From: Felis catus
Lineage: Eukaryota
Direction: 5' to 3'
DNA: 64,000 bases
Assembly: GCF_018350175.1 (NCBI RefSeq)
Contig: NC_058369.1
Span: 15,874,001-15,938,000 of the forward strand
Shown: piece after piece, positions 1 to 12,445 of the stretch
How positions within the stretch are numbered: the first letter of the stretch is position 1
How the letters are laid out: each line of letters begins with the position of its first letter
The notes under the pieces: generated by a model
Told to the model about the DNA's origin: nothing
Databases searched by the model: none
The model's input: the letters and a program-made list of their open reading frames with translations, nothing else
Translations under genes and position numbers: made by a program

Positions 1-1300
1 GAGTTTTTTACAGTGTCAAAGTTTCCCCCCCCCCCCTTGGATGAAGCCCAGCCTTTCAATATTTCATTTTATGGATTATGCTTTGGTGTCATGTCTGGGA
101 ACTCTTCACAAGTCATAGGTTTGAAAGATTTTCTTTCATGTTATTTTCTAAAAGTGTCATAGTTTTATGTTTTACATTAAATCTAAGATCCATTTTGAGT
201 TACTTTTTAAATAAATGCGAGGTTAGGTTGGGGTTATTTATTTCTTTATTTCTGCCTGTAGATGTACAATTACTCAACCACAGTTTGTTGAAAAGACAAT
301 CCTTCTAATGATTTCTTTGGCATCTTTGTCAAAATCAGTTTGCTATATCTGGGTGGGTTCTTTCTGGGTTCTCTATTCTCTTATGTTATCCTATGTGTCT
401 CTCCTTCTGCCACAACCACACAATCTTGAGTATTATACCTGTATAATAAGTCTTGAAATAGGGTAGAGTGATTCCTCCCATTTTGTTATTCTTTTTCAAA
501 AATGTTTTAGCTGTTCTGGCTCCTTTGCCTTCCATAGACATTGTAGAACAATCTTGTCTATCTCTATAGAAATCTCTCCAGGATTTTGAAAGGAACTTTG
601 AATGTTAAACTTATATATCAACTTGGGGAGAATTGACACCTTTACTATGTGGAGTCTTCCAATCCATGAACATGGTAAGTCTCTCCATTTATTCAGATCT
701 TTGATTTCTTTCCTCGATATTTTGTAGTGTTCAGTATACTCATCCTATACAGGCTTTGTTAGATTTACACCTAAGTATTTGCTGGGTTGTTGTTGGTGTT
801 GTTATTGTTTTTGAGTGCTTATAAATTGTATTTAATATTGGTGTTCATTGCCCATTGCTAATATGCACAAATAGAACTTAATTATGTATATTTGTCTTGT
901 ATTCTGTGACATTGCTGAAGTCACTTATTAGTTCTAGAGGTTTTTTTTTTTGTTTCTTTTGGTAGATTCCTTGGGTATATTCTGCATAGACAATCATGTC
1001 ATCTGCAAATAGAGATAATTTTATTCTGTCATATGTGCATTTTATTTCCTTTGCTTAGCTTAGTGCACAGGTAGAATTTCCTGTATATGTCAGCTAAAAG
1101 TGGTGAGAGTGGACATTTTTGCCTTTTTCTGAAACTTAGAGGGAAAAAGCAGTCAGTCTCTCATCATTAAGTATAATGTTAAGTGTAGGTTTTTTGTGAA
1201 TGCTCTTAATCAAGTTGAGGAAGTTTCTCTATTTTCCTGTTTTTCCTGGGAATTTTTATCATGAATGAATGTTGAACTCTATCAAATGTTGAATTTTTTT
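1..1300 (-). mobile_element. Old LINE-1 (L1M/L1MC-like) ORF2 fragment, degenerate
   Basis: Typical antisense L1 ORF2 text such as TTGGGGAGAATTGACA..TCTTCCAATCCATGAACATGG and GGTGAGAGTGGACAT. No intact ORF. Confidence 0.85.
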
Positions 1301-1339
1301 TATTATCACTTTGGCTAAATAGGTGGCCAAGCATTTTTT

Positions 1340-2135
1340 TTAGTGTCCCATGATCCCATTTTCCAAGTATTCAAACTTTTTTATCTTTTTGACAACTTTT
1401 GAATTTTGCCTTCCCAAATCAAATCATGTTTTTTGGTGTTTTTTTTTTTTTTTTTTTTTTTTTGAGACAGAGAGAGACAGAGCATGAACGGGGAAGGGGC
1501 AGAGAGAGAGGGAGACACAGAATCGCAGAATCGGAAGCAGGCTCCAGGCTCTGAGCCATCAGCCCAGAGCCCGACCCGGGGCTCGAACTCATGGACTGCG
1601 AGTTCGTGACCTGGCTGAAGTCGGACGCTTAACCGACTGAGCCACCCAGGCGCCCCTGGTGTGTTTTCTTTTTTTATTGTTTGTTTATTTTTGAGAGAGA
1701 GTGCACATGTGTGAGGGAGAGGCAGACAGAGAGGGAGAGAGAATCCCAAGCAGCTCCGTGCTGTCAGCACAGAGTCCCAGGCGACATGGGGCTCGATCCT
1801 GTGACACCATGACCTGAGCTGAAATCAAGAGTCAGATGCTTAACCAACTGAGCCACCCAGACACTGCCCCAAATCAAATCCTAAATGAAACCTTGATTCA
1901 AATCGATCTTGAGATTTCTTAGAGGGTCCCTGGAAAATCAAAAAGAATTTGTTCTTTCACTTTTGTAAAAAGAGAGATATTAAAAATAATTTGGCTTCTT
2001 TGAGTGCGTGGGAAGCACTATCAAATAAGAAGAAATCTTCAATCTTCATCAGGTTATATTTGTATGGATAAAATATTATTAATATAAATATTTTATAAAT
2101 TGTATGAACTTCCTAGAAATCTGTCAATGTCCTCC
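1340..2135. mobile_element. ERV1-class internal fragment (MER34-int-like), interrupted by two SINEs
   Basis: AT-rich GAGGGTCCCTGGAAAATC..GGGAAGCACTATCAAATAAGA..CCTAGAAATCTG resembles recalled MER34/MER4-group internal sequence. Confidence 0.5.
1426..1867 (-). mobile_element. Two nested CanSINEs (younger 1440-1656 in the tail of older 1665-1866)
   Basis: Two SINE bodies enclosed by one TSD CCCAAATCAAATC (1413-1425 and 1868-1880). Confidence 0.9.
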
Positions 2136-2139
2136 TGGT

Positions 2140-2506
2140 TCATTGATACATCCAGGGGCTGCTTTGCCTGATATTAGACAACAGTTACAAGCTCCTGCTG
2201 AATTCATCCTCTGAAGTGTTGTTTTCGTTTTTTTGTTGTTTTTTTTTTTAATTTTGGTTATTGTATTTTTCAGTTCTAAAATTTCCACCTGGTTCTTATC
2301 TCTTCCACTTCTTTGCTGAGACTTTCTATTTTTCTTCTTTTCCGGGGTGCTCATAGTTGCTTGCTGAAGCATTTTTATGATAGCTGCTTGAAGTTCTTGT
2401 CGAATAATTGTAAAATCTCTTGGTGTGGCATCTATTGAGTCTCTCTTTCAAACTTCCGTTTCAGATCTTCCTGATCCTTGGTAAGATGAGTGATTTTTTT
2501 TAAATC
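2140..2506 (-). mobile_element. Old L1 (L1MC-like) ORF1 region
   Basis: Minus-strand peptide NQVEILELKNTITKIK is L1 ORF1p coiled-coil-like. Continues at 4643 after a nested insertion. Confidence 0.75.
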
Positions 2507-2521
2507 AAAACCTAGAAATTT

Positions 2522-4627
2522 TGATAACCGTAAATGCTTACATGAAAATCGATGCAATTCTCAGATCAACAATCTAGCTTTATACCTTACGGAGCTAGGG
2601 GGAAAAAAAGAGCAAACTAAACCTAAAGCTAGCAGAAGGAAGGAAATAATAAAGATTAAGGTAGAGATAAATTTTTTAAAAAGAGAATAGAAAAACAGTA
2701 GAGAATATCAACAAGACCAGCATTTAGTTCTTCAGAAAAAAAAAAAAGATCCACAAGCTTGACAAATCCACATTGACAAGAAAAAAGAGACACAGCTCCA
2801 ATAACTAAAATCAGAAATGAAAGCGGGGACATTATTACTGATTTTACAGAAATAAAAGGATTATAAGAAAGCACGCTAGACAACCGCATGCCGGAAAATT
2901 GGGTAACCTAAGGTGAAATGGATACATTCCTAAAGATACACAAACTAATCCTGAACGAATAGAAAGTCTGAATAGACCTGTAACTAGGAAGGAGAGTGAA
3001 CCAGCCATCAAAACCTTCTCAACAAAGAAAAGCCCCGGACGAGATGGCTTAAACTGGTTAATTCTGCCAAACATTTAAAGAAGAAGTGAAACCAATCCCT
3101 CTTGAACTGTTCAAAAAAAAATTGAAGAGGAAAGACGCGTTCCCCACTCATATCGATGAGCCCAGCCTCATCCCAATACCAAAGCGAGAATAGACGAGAA
3201 TATTACAGACCAATATCTCTGTGCATCTATGCTGTGAAAATCTTCGGCAACACGCTAGCAAACTGAATCCAGCGGCGTATTAAAAAAAAATCGTATGCCA
3301 TGACCGAGTGGGATTTATTCCTGGAATGCATTGACGGTTCAGGGCGCAAAACTCAACATAATACATCACATTAACAGAATGAAGGGAAAAACCCCACACG
3401 ATCATCTCAAGGGGCGCAGAGCGAGCATTTGACAAAATCCACACCTTTTCGTTCTAGAAATACCCAAGGGACTAGACATAGAAGTACCTCAACATAACGA
3501 AGTCCACGTATGAAAAATTCACAGCTAATATCAGACTCAATGGTGAAAAAAATACAAGTTTTTTTTTTTTTTTTTATTAAAGACCAGGAATATGACAAGG
3601 ATACTTGCTTTTGTCTCTTCAGTTTAACATTGCCTTGGAAGGCCTGGCCGGAGCAAATGGGCAAGACAAAGAAAGAAAGAAAAGTCGTCCTTGGGGCGCC
3701 TGGGTGGCTCGGTCAGTTAGGCGTCCGACTTCGGCTCAGGTCATGATCTCGCGGTCCGTGAGTTCGAGCCCCACGTCGGGCTCTGTGCTGACATCTTGGA
3801 GCCTGGAGCCTGTTTCAGATTCTGTGTCTCCCTCTCTCTCCCTGACCCTCCCCGTTCATGTTCTGTCTCTCTCTGTCTCAAAAATAAATAAACGTTAAAA
3901 AAGAAAATTAAAAAAAAAAAGTCCAAATTGGAGAATAATTCAAATTATCTCTGTTCACAGATGACACGATCGCTAGAGATCCCCCCCCCACACACACACG
4001 CAAAAACTGTAAGAACTAATAACTGAATTCAGCAAAGTTGCAGGTCACAAAACTGACACCCCCAAATTAGTTGCACTTCTCCACCCTCACCATGAATAAC
4101 CTGAAAAGCAAATTAAGAACCCGACTGCATTAACAATAGTAGCAAGGAGCATAAAATACTCAGGAAGCAAAAGACACTTGCTCACAACGGCCGAAAAATG
4201 GAAAAAACCCAAATGTCCGCGGATGGATGAATAGATCAACAAACTGGGGTATATACAGACTATGGAGTATCATTCGGCCTAAAAGAACAAGGAGGAAAAT
4301 CGTGACACAGCCTACAGCAGAGATGAACTTTGAAAACATTGCGCCGAGTGACATCAGTCAGACCCCAAAAAACGAGTACTCTATGATTCCACTTACGTGA
4401 GGTGCCTCGAATAGTCATTTCCATAGAAACAGGAAGTATAGAACGGTGGTTGCCAGGGGGTGGTGATGGAGACTTTTAATGCCTTACTCATTAGCGTTTA
4501 GCGGGTGCAGAGTTTAGTTCAGGAAGATGGACAAGTGCTGGGGACGGACGGTGGTGATGATTGTAGAGCCACGAGAAAGTACTTAATGCCACCGAACTAA
4601 ACACATGAAAATGGTTAAGCAGTTTCT
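2522..4627 (+). mobile_element. L1 (L1MB-like) ORF2 fragment plus 3' end, internally deleted, with a SINE at 3693-3920
   Basis: Peptide EQTKPKASRRKEIIKIKVEIN is L1 ORF2-like. 3' end GTACTTAATGCCACCGAACT..AAAATGGTTAAG. Degenerate TSD at 2507-2521 and 4628-4642. Confidence 0.85.
3693..3920 (+). mobile_element. CanSINE (SINEC_Fc-type)
   Basis: GGGGCGCCTGGGTGGCTC head, (CT)n tract, AATAAA and A tail. Confidence 0.92.
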
Positions 4628-4642
4628 AAAACCTAAAAACTT

Positions 4643-5660
4643 GGAGCGTTGTGTTACGAGACCTTGGGACTTAAACCTTCTGTGTGAGCGGACTTTGGCA
4701 GGGGAGGGGAGGGCATCACCCGGGTTCCACCAAGGTAGTGCAGAAGCTCGGTTCCCCATGAGGCGTGCGTTGATCCCGGAAGGGATGAGGCTTCTCATCC
4801 CGGGGCAGAGGCGGGAGTCCCAGCTCCCTACGAGGTCTCCATCGATACCCCTGGCCCAGAGGAGTAGAAGTGCCTCCTTCTTGCCTCCCGTGTGGCCTCC
4901 TCTGACCACATGGGGGATGGGGCAGGAGCCTCCTTACCCCAAGACAATGGCAAAAGTCCTGACTCTCCAGAAGAACCCCCCCACCTTTGTCAGGGTGGTG
5001 GGGAGGGGGAGGGCCACCTGGTTCCTGTCGATGGGGTCGAAGTCCAGGCTCCCCAAAAGGTCTTGACGTCTAAGGGAGTTGGGATGGGGGAGGGGGCGGA
5101 TCTCATTACAGTCCAGTGGGGATGAGAGTCCCTGCTCCCCGCTCGGCTTCCACTGACACCACCCCTGCAGGGGAGTTCGGGAGAACAGACTTTGGCCAAG
5201 GCTTTTTTTCCCCCCTTGCCTGTCGGAGTCTCCTGGTTGCCAACTTCTTCAGCTTCGATTTTGGGGTACATGAGTGAAAAAGAGACTCTTAAACACAGGG
5301 AACAAACTGAGGGCTGCTGGAGGGGAGGCCAGGTGGGGGGATGGGTTAAGTGGGTGATGGGCATTAGGGATGAGCCCTGGGTGGCATCTGTAAGAAATGA
5401 ATCAGCGGGTTCTACTCCCGAAGACAAAACTACACTGTATGTTAACTAACTTGAACTTAAATTAAAAAAAAAAAAAAAAAGGAAACCCCAGGGACTCACC
5501 ACCATGTCATTCCTGTAGTCCTGGGACCCCGGGTCAGTCTGTCCTCTTGTCTTTCAACTTTCAGAGTCTTCTGTCTGTCTGGGACATGACACCCTGGGCT
5601 GTCAGTTGTACTTCTAGAAGAGAGTAGGAAAAAGTATATTGACTCCGTCTTTATAGACGC
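4643..5660 (-). mobile_element. Old L1 (L1MC-like) 5' UTR, interrupted by a younger L1 3' end
   Basis: Minus strand AAGACGGAGTCAATATACTTTTTCCTACT..AAGTACAACT..GAAGACTCTGAAAG..GGTGGTGAGTCCCTGGG..GCTGAAGAAGTTGGCAACC matches the recalled L1MC 5' end. Confidence 0.7.
5277..5480 (+). mobile_element. 5'-truncated carnivore L1 3' end with poly(A)
   Basis: GAGACTCTTAAA..GAACAAACTGAGGG..GGGTGATGGGCATT..ACACTGTATGTTAACTAACTTGA followed by an A tail. Confidence 0.88.
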
Positions 5661-5929
5661 GAGAGTCTCTTTGGGGGTTTGCCTTTTGTCAGGAGAAGCC
5701 TGAGCCTTGTCTGTGTGCTAGAAGGAGAGGTTGAAGGCGTAGGAGGGTGGGGGTCTGCTGCTGGAGCCGGTGTGGGGTCGGGGGGGAGGGGCTGGTGGGA
5801 TCTGTGGGCCCCGGGAAGGGAGAATGGGCAGTGGGTGCGGCGACATGGGAACGAGACGGAATGCCAAACCTGGCCCTGGTGACTCTGGCTCCTCTAGGAA
5901 GGCGGACGCTGGTGGCAGAGGGTTAAGCA

Positions 5930-7378
5930 AGAGGAGGGGCAGGGAGAGGGGCCGAGGGAGGAGGGGCAGAGGCTTAGAACGCCAGGGAGTAGTTTCAAGG
6001 AGATCTCTGCTTGGTCACAGGTAGAAGGCTGGCCCACCACAGTGATCAGTCACAACGGGTGATGCTGGCATTACCGAAGGCGGGCCGTGTGGCCAGCCCT
6101 GGTCCTCCCGGAGGCTCTGCAGAGAGGACAGTGTTCGGGGGGCTTCCCAGTTCGCAGTGAGGAAACCAAGCCTCACGGGCACGAAGCAACAAGCATTTCA
6201 TGGCCTTGAAGTCGTGGAACTAGGACCTGACCGCATGGTTTCTAATGATCGAGCCGTCTTGGGTGCCAAGGGCCCAGCTGAACTTAGAGACCGCGAATCT
6301 GTGGCGTCCTCACAGCTGGGTGAATACCTCTCTAGGAGGGCTGGGCGTAAAAACAGAAGGCGAACTGCTGGATGGAATCCAGGCTGGGCCTCTTCCAGGC
6401 AGGTGGATCAGAAGGGCAGTGTGCAGAGGGTATCGGCGAGACATGGACTGGGGCGGTGACCGTGTGTCCTGGGTCAAGAATTAAGTCGAGGCAGCCAGGG
6501 GGTGATAAGAATCGGGAAAGATGGCGGGTCCCAGAGGCCAGGGGGGGGGGCGGAAACGAGGTGGGAGCATACGAGTACCGGGGTGACAGAACAGGAACTG
6601 TAGGACGTTGTGGTTAGAGGAGGAGAAGGTAAGTTAAAGATTTCTTGGTAAGGCAGATCCCAGAGGTGACAAGGTCTAAGAGCGTGGGGGGGGGGGGGGT
6701 GGGCAGGGGTGGAGGGGGGGAGCAAAGGACTTGAGGTCAAGAAGTTCAAGAGTGGAGGGTAAGAAGTCGCTTGCCCGGGGTGACACAGCTGTTCACTGGG
6801 AGCGGTGGGCATGGTTCGAGGGGATAGAGAACATTCGGTGAGTCTTGTTCAAGCACTGTGAGGAGGCAGGCTTTATTCGAGGGGAGGCTACCCAGATACA
6901 TGGGATGGAATTCTGCAGCGAGGGAGAGAGATGTCTCAAGTCCGAACAGCCCGGGCAAGTGGGCGTGGAGGGGCAGGGGTGCGTGGGTGGGAAGCGACAA
7001 ACAGGAAACAGGGAGGTGAAGGGGGGATCTCCCTGGGGCAGTTCAGGGTGATCAGATGCCTCCTGGGGAGGGATGGGGCAGGGGGGCTCTATGAGATATG
7101 GAGGGTGGAGGTCTTTACTAAAATGACTTTGCAGTTCTTGCTAAAATTGGATCTTAGAGGGAAGGGGGCTGATGGGCCCAGGAGAAGGTTCAAGAGTCTG
7201 ACAAAAAATTGGGTCAAGCGGAGAGGGAGAGAGAGAGAGAGGGAGAGTTTTTGTCCGATGTAAACCCCACTAAGAATCCAGAAGAAAGCCATCAGACAAA
7301 GGGTGCAGAGGGGCGGGGGTGGAAAGTGGTGGGAATGATAGGGGGCCAGGAGGGAGGCAGAGCAGACGGAGATTCTCG
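5930..7378 (-). mobile_element. LINE-2 (L2) ORF2 remnant including the endonuclease region
   Basis: Purine-rich plus strand. Minus strand has CTTAGACCTTGTCACC (LDLV) and CCTCTAACCACAACGTCCT (SDH-like SNHNVL), characteristic of L2 APE endonuclease. Confidence 0.65.
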
Positions 7379-7390
7379 AAAGAGGGGCAT

Positions 7391-7586
7391 TTTTTAAATT
7401 TTTTATTTTTATTTCTTTTTGAGGGAGAGACAGGCCGAGCATGAGTGGGAGCAGAGAGAGAGGGAGACAGAGAATCCGAAGCAGGCGCCAGGCTCTGAGC
7501 CGTCAGCGCAGAGCCGGCCGCGGGGCTCGAACCCATGAGCTGAGGCCGGACGCTCAACCGACTGAGCCCCCCCCCCCAGGCGCCCC
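7391..7586 (-). mobile_element. CanSINE
   Basis: Antisense SINE body. Degenerate TSD AAAGAG(G/A)GGC. Confidence 0.9.
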
Positions 7587-8421
7587 CAAAGAGAGGCGTG
7601 TCTGTAGGCCGCGCCGGGGAGTGAAATCTGGGCGATGCTGGCACCGGACCTCACACCTGCCTCGTTCGCTCCCGGCACCTCTGTGGGCGCGGGGCCTGGA
7701 ACCCACAGCCCCGGGTGGGAGGCGGGCGGGCGGCACATCCAGCTGCACGGTAGCCGAACGGAATCATCGCTGCTGGGAGGCGACGCTCAGGTCACCCGAG
7801 GGACGTTCCCCGGCGGGCACCGCGGGTCAGCGGCCACAGGGGCAGCGGAAGGGCCCTCGCCAGCCCCCTGGGTCGTGTCTGCCCCTTCACCTGAGTGCCG
7901 AGGGGAGTTAACATTTAGAAAATGTGAGAAAACAGACGACCAAAGAAAGAAAAAAAAGGAAAAAAAAAAAAAAAAGCCTAGTGACCAGCTCTATAAAATG
8001 CATGACGAGAGTGGCACAGGCAAAAAAATAAATACATAAAATAAAGTGAATACATACATACATACATACATAAATGAATGAACAGGTTCATAAAAGAGGA
8101 TTAGGTTCTCTTTCCTTTTCAGGAAGTTTCCTTCATCATGACCAGTTCATTGCTTCTACAACCCAATGCGGTTGAAGTAAACAAACAAAAAAGAAAAAAG
8201 AAAAAAGGGAACAAGCATGGTGTTGGCAGAATCACATGTTCCTGGCTGGAGAGAAGTCGCAGCAAAATGCAGAACCCTTGGGTCTGGGTCTCTTGTCCCA
8301 GCCCCAAGGTGAGTCTGCCGGGCTACGAGGCAGATGCTCAGTGGTGACTCGTGTTTAGCTGCATCGGTTTTGAAGGCAAGGTTTTTAAGGAAGGGCTCCT
8401 TATCCTCTGCGTTAAAAAAAA

Positions 8422-8629
8422 ATTTTTTTTTAAGTTTATTTTGAGAGAGAGAGAGAGAGAGACAGCATGAGCAGGGGAGGGGCAGAGAGAGAGAGAGAGG
8501 GGGAGAGAGAGAATCCCAAGGAGGCTCTGTGCTGTCAGCGCAGAGCCCAGCGCGGGGCTTGAACCCATGTTCCGCGAGATGGTGAAACCAAGACCCCGAG
8601 GCCTAACCGACTGAGCCACCCGGCGCCCC
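8422..8629 (-). mobile_element. CanSINE
   Basis: Antisense SINE body ending GCCACCCGGCGCCCC. Confidence 0.9.
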
Positions 8630-9638
8630 TCTTTGGGTTTTAAATTGTAAACGTAGCACGTTTCACACAAAGAGACGCATCCTTCCTGCTGGGCTGAAAA
8701 TTCCGGTTGGAGGGTGTGGATTCGGATGTTTTTGTGTTTGCCAAGTATTAACTTAAACAGTTAAACAGTGTTCCTGGAGGCAGCGAGGGAGGGGGAGACA
8801 GGTCCCCCTTCGCGACTCACGGGCTCGGGTCCAGCATGCCCAGCCTGCAACCTGGGCTCAGGGGACATCGCGAAGCCTGGAACAGCAGGAGTCCCCACGA
8901 GCCACAGCTGCCAGGCTTGGTGGGCTTCTCGGGGCCACCTGACGACAGTTCTGAGTTTCCCCCCCACTCTGCGCCACGCGTGTTTCAAACCTCACTCTAG
9001 AATTCTCCTAGCTGTCCCCCTGCCCTCCTCAGCAGGTGGCCCCAAGAAAATGTCACCAAGGCAATTTCGCCAAGAAAACAGAAGCCATCAGGACGAAACA
9101 GTCTTCACTCTTGCTAGAAACCCTTGCATTTCGCCTACACCTTCACCCCTCCCGGCCTTGTCCTCACAGGACACACGGTGAAGGTGAGTCCGGCCCCGCC
9201 CTGTCCCCTCCGCAGACACCGCCCCATCGGCTTCCACCTCTCCCTCTCCCGTTTGATGAAGTCTTTCCCTGGATCCCTCCAGCCACTGCTCTGTTTCGCC
9301 CCCTCCTCTTCACAGCCAAACTTCAAGCCACCTGTCCCCAACCTACTCCAATCTGATGCCTGTGTTCCCTGTTCCGCGGACGCTCACGGCCCCCACACTC
9401 CCTCGGCAAGCCCCCCCACCCCCACCCCACCCCAGCTACTCAGCCGGCCAGACACCCTATTCTCATTTGTCACACTTCCTGAGGCGGGGTCCAGCTGGGG
9501 GCCAGGGAGAAACCGCACACGGGTGACGCAGGCTGGGTGGGGGTGATAGGGAGCGGTGGGGACTGGGGCACCCAGGGAGCGAGAGAGCTTCAGAAAGGTG
9601 GCGACCACAACTCAGCAGGAGCAGGTGACTGCCAAGGG

Positions 9639-9836
9639 CAGGGGCGGCAAACGTTTTTCTAAAGGGCCAGCGGCCGCGAGTACTGTAGGCCTTGTGGGCC
9701 ACATGTCACCTCTGTCACTTACTCTTCTTTGTTTCAAGAACCCTGTAAGAATGTAAAAAAGTTCTTAGCTCTAGGGGTCATACAAACACAAGCCAAGGGT
9801 CAGATCTCATGTGCAGATTACAGTTTGCTGACCCCT
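9639..9836 (+). mobile_element. MER58-like hAT-Charlie MITE
   Basis: Ends CAGGGGCGGCAAAC and GTTTGCTGACCCCTG form terminal inverted repeats. Internal AAGGGCCAG..GTGGGCCACA. Confidence 0.75.
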
Positions 9837-10104
9837 GGGAAAGAGTGAATGCCAAGTCCAGAGCGGCTAGATGTTCTGGCCAGAAATCCAGATTCTGTTT
9901 GAGATTTCTTGGTTCCTAAACGCTGACGTTTAGCAGATCTTCCGGGAGCGCCTGTCGTCAGGTACCCCCTGGGCATCTTGTAGTCACTGGAAACGTGTCC
10001 ACCCAGAACCCAAGTCGTCATCACGCCCCTCCCCCCGCCCAAGCTGAGTTCACACACTCGGCAAATGGTAACACCCTCCACTAGAGGCAGACAGCTGGGA
10101 GTCC

Positions 10105-10450
10105 TTGCCCTTCACCCCCACATCATCAGCACAGTGCGGCCCATCCTTCTTCCTGAATTCCTACCCACCTGGCTCTGTCCTCCGTGCCACCGCCCTGTGT
10201 CGGACCACCATCCTGTCACCCCTTGAGAACCTCCTCCCAATAAATAGTCCCCATCTCCTCCTGTCTTACCCTCTCCTAATCCTTGCCGTGGCCAAGATGA
10301 TCTTTCTCAAACGCAAATCGCAAATCCGGTCAAGGCACTCCCAAGCTTAAGACCCGTTTGCTGTTGGGTAAGATCCTAACCTTCAGTTGATCTCCAAGGC
10401 TTCTGGTGGTCAGGTCCCTGCTGGAGCCCGCCCAGCCCTGTACCTCTAAG
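10105..10450 (+). mobile_element. L2 3' fragment
   Basis: Pyrimidine-rich, with GCCACCGCCCT..CACCATC..GGCCAAGATGATCTTTCTCAAACGCAAATC L2 signature. Confidence 0.6.
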
Positions 10451-10657
10451 TGGTCACTCCTCCTTTCTCACCGACAACCCTGCACCACTGCCTTAGCCTT
10501 AGGCAACCCCTCGTCTTATTTTCTATCCCTATAGATTGGCCTGTTCCAGGCATTCAGCATGGAGGGAATCCCAGGATCGGTGGTTTGTTTGTGACTGGCT
10601 GTTTTCACTTAGCACATTTCAAGGTCTCGTGTACCAGTAATCCCTTTTTTCTCTACA

Positions 10658-10843
10658 CTTTTTAAAATGTTTATTTTTGAAAGGGGGTGGGGGAGGGGCA
10701 GAGAGAGCGAGAGGGAGACAGAGGATCCAACGTGGGCTCCGTGCCGACAGCAGAGAGCCGACTCGGGGCTCGAACTCAACAAACCGTGAGATCGTGACCT
10801 GAGCCGAAGTCCAACGCTTAACCCGCTGAGCCACCCAGGCCCT
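10658..10843 (-). mobile_element. CanSINE within an old L1 3' fragment
   Basis: Antisense SINE body. Confidence 0.88.
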
Positions 10844-11237
10844 CCCGGTGCTTCATTTTTTTTTTATTGCTGAATAATACGGCTTTGTATGGACATAACC
10901 ACATGTACATTTTGTTTATCGGCTCATCACCCGCAATGATAATTTTACCTGCTGTGTCCTCGTGTTCTGATACATGATATTCTTGGGAAAGGAGTCTGTG
11001 TGGTTTTTCAGGTCCTGTAGAGTGAGGGCGAGGAGAAGCTTCTGCAACTCTAAGGTCTTCTGCAGAGAGATCAACTCAGGGAGGAGGGGAGGCAGAGGCA
11101 TGAAAGTTGATGTGGGTAAATCCAACTCAGCCAAGGGAGGAAGGGGACGCTAGGACCGCCAGCTCAGACCCTTTGGCCCAGCCGTCCCTGGACCGCACAG
11201 ACAGGATGCTTTCTTCTCAGAAAGGAAGACAGCAAGA

Positions 11238-11436
11238 GGAGCCTGGGTGACTCAGTTTGCTGAGCGACCGACTTGGGCTCGGGTCATGATCTCACGGTTG
11301 GTGAGTTTGAGCCCCGCGTCGGGCTCTGTGCTGACAGCTCGGAGCCTGGAGCCTGCTTCGGATGCTGTGTCTCCGTCTCTCTCTTCCCCTCCCCGGCTCA
11401 CACTCTGTCTCTCTCTCCAAAAGAAATAAACATAAA
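11238..11436 (+). mobile_element. CanSINE
   Basis: SINE head, (CT)n tract and AATAAA. Confidence 0.88.
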
Positions 11437-11605
11437 AGTCATGGTTACATGACTCGCGAATATTTTCTCCCATTCAGCAGGATGCCTTTTCATTCTGCTG
11501 TTTCCTTTGCCGTGCGGAACTCGCTGAGTTTGATGTAGTTCCTTCGTTGTTGATTTTTGCCTCCTTGCTGGGGCTTACACCTCCTCCGAAACATCGTTGC
11601 CAACG

Positions 11606-11665
11606 CTAACGACAGGGCGATGTTCCTAACGACAGGGCGATGTTCCTAACGACAGGGCGATGTTC
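11606..11665 (+). repeat. Perfect 20-bp tandem repeat x3 (CTAACGACAGGGCGATGTTC)
   Basis: Copies start at 11606, 11626 and 11646. Confidence 0.97.
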
Positions 11666-12445
11666 CCTCTGTTTTCTTCTAGCAATTTCACAGTGTCAGG
11701 TCTCATGTTTAAGTCTATACTCCATTTCAAGTTGGCTTTTGTGAGTGGTGCCAGGCAGGGGTCCGGTTTCCCTCTTTTGCGTGTGAATATCCAGTGTCCC
11801 CCGCCCTGCTTACTGAAGTGCTGAGTACAGGCTACTCTCAGCTCCTTTGTCAAATATGAGTTGATGGCGTGTGGGGGGGGGGCTTATTTCTGGGTCCTGT
11901 TCTGTTGGTCTGTGCGTCTGTTTTTGTGCCGCTCCTGTGCCGTTCTGATCACTGGCCCTGTAATGAAGTTTGAAATCGGGAATTGTGATGCTTCCAGCTT
12001 TATTCTGCTTTCCCGGGATGGCACTGGCTACTCAGGGATTTTTACGGTTCCACACAAATTACAAAGAAACTTTTGTTTTTCTGTTTCCGTGAACAGTGCC
12101 ATTGGGATTTGGACAGGGGTTGGTTTGACCAATCTGCAGATGACTTTGGGTGGAATGATCGTTTTTGACAATGCTAAAGTCTTCTGATCCGCGAACACAG
12201 GGTCCCTTTCCATTTATTTGTGTCTTCAATTTCTTGCCATTTTCAAAGTACAGATCTTTCACCTCCTTGGTTAAATTTACTCCGAGGTATTTCATTCTTT
12301 TTTTGATGCCATTGTATAAATGGGATTGTTTTCTTGACCTAGCCCAAAGTCTGAAGACTTCCTTCTGTGTTTTCTTCTACAAGTTTATTGTTTTAGCTCG
12401 TACATCTAAGTCTATGTTTCATTTTTTTTAAGTCCCACTTTATTA

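Noticed and set aside
4583..7263. Possible endogenous retrovirus gag/env or unknown gene in the GC-rich ORF cluster
   Set aside because: Explained by an old L1 5' UTR and an antisense L2. No LTR pair, PBS or retroviral protein motifs seen.
11606..11665. CRISPR-like direct repeats
   Set aside because: No spacers; head-to-tail repeat in mammalian L1 DNA.
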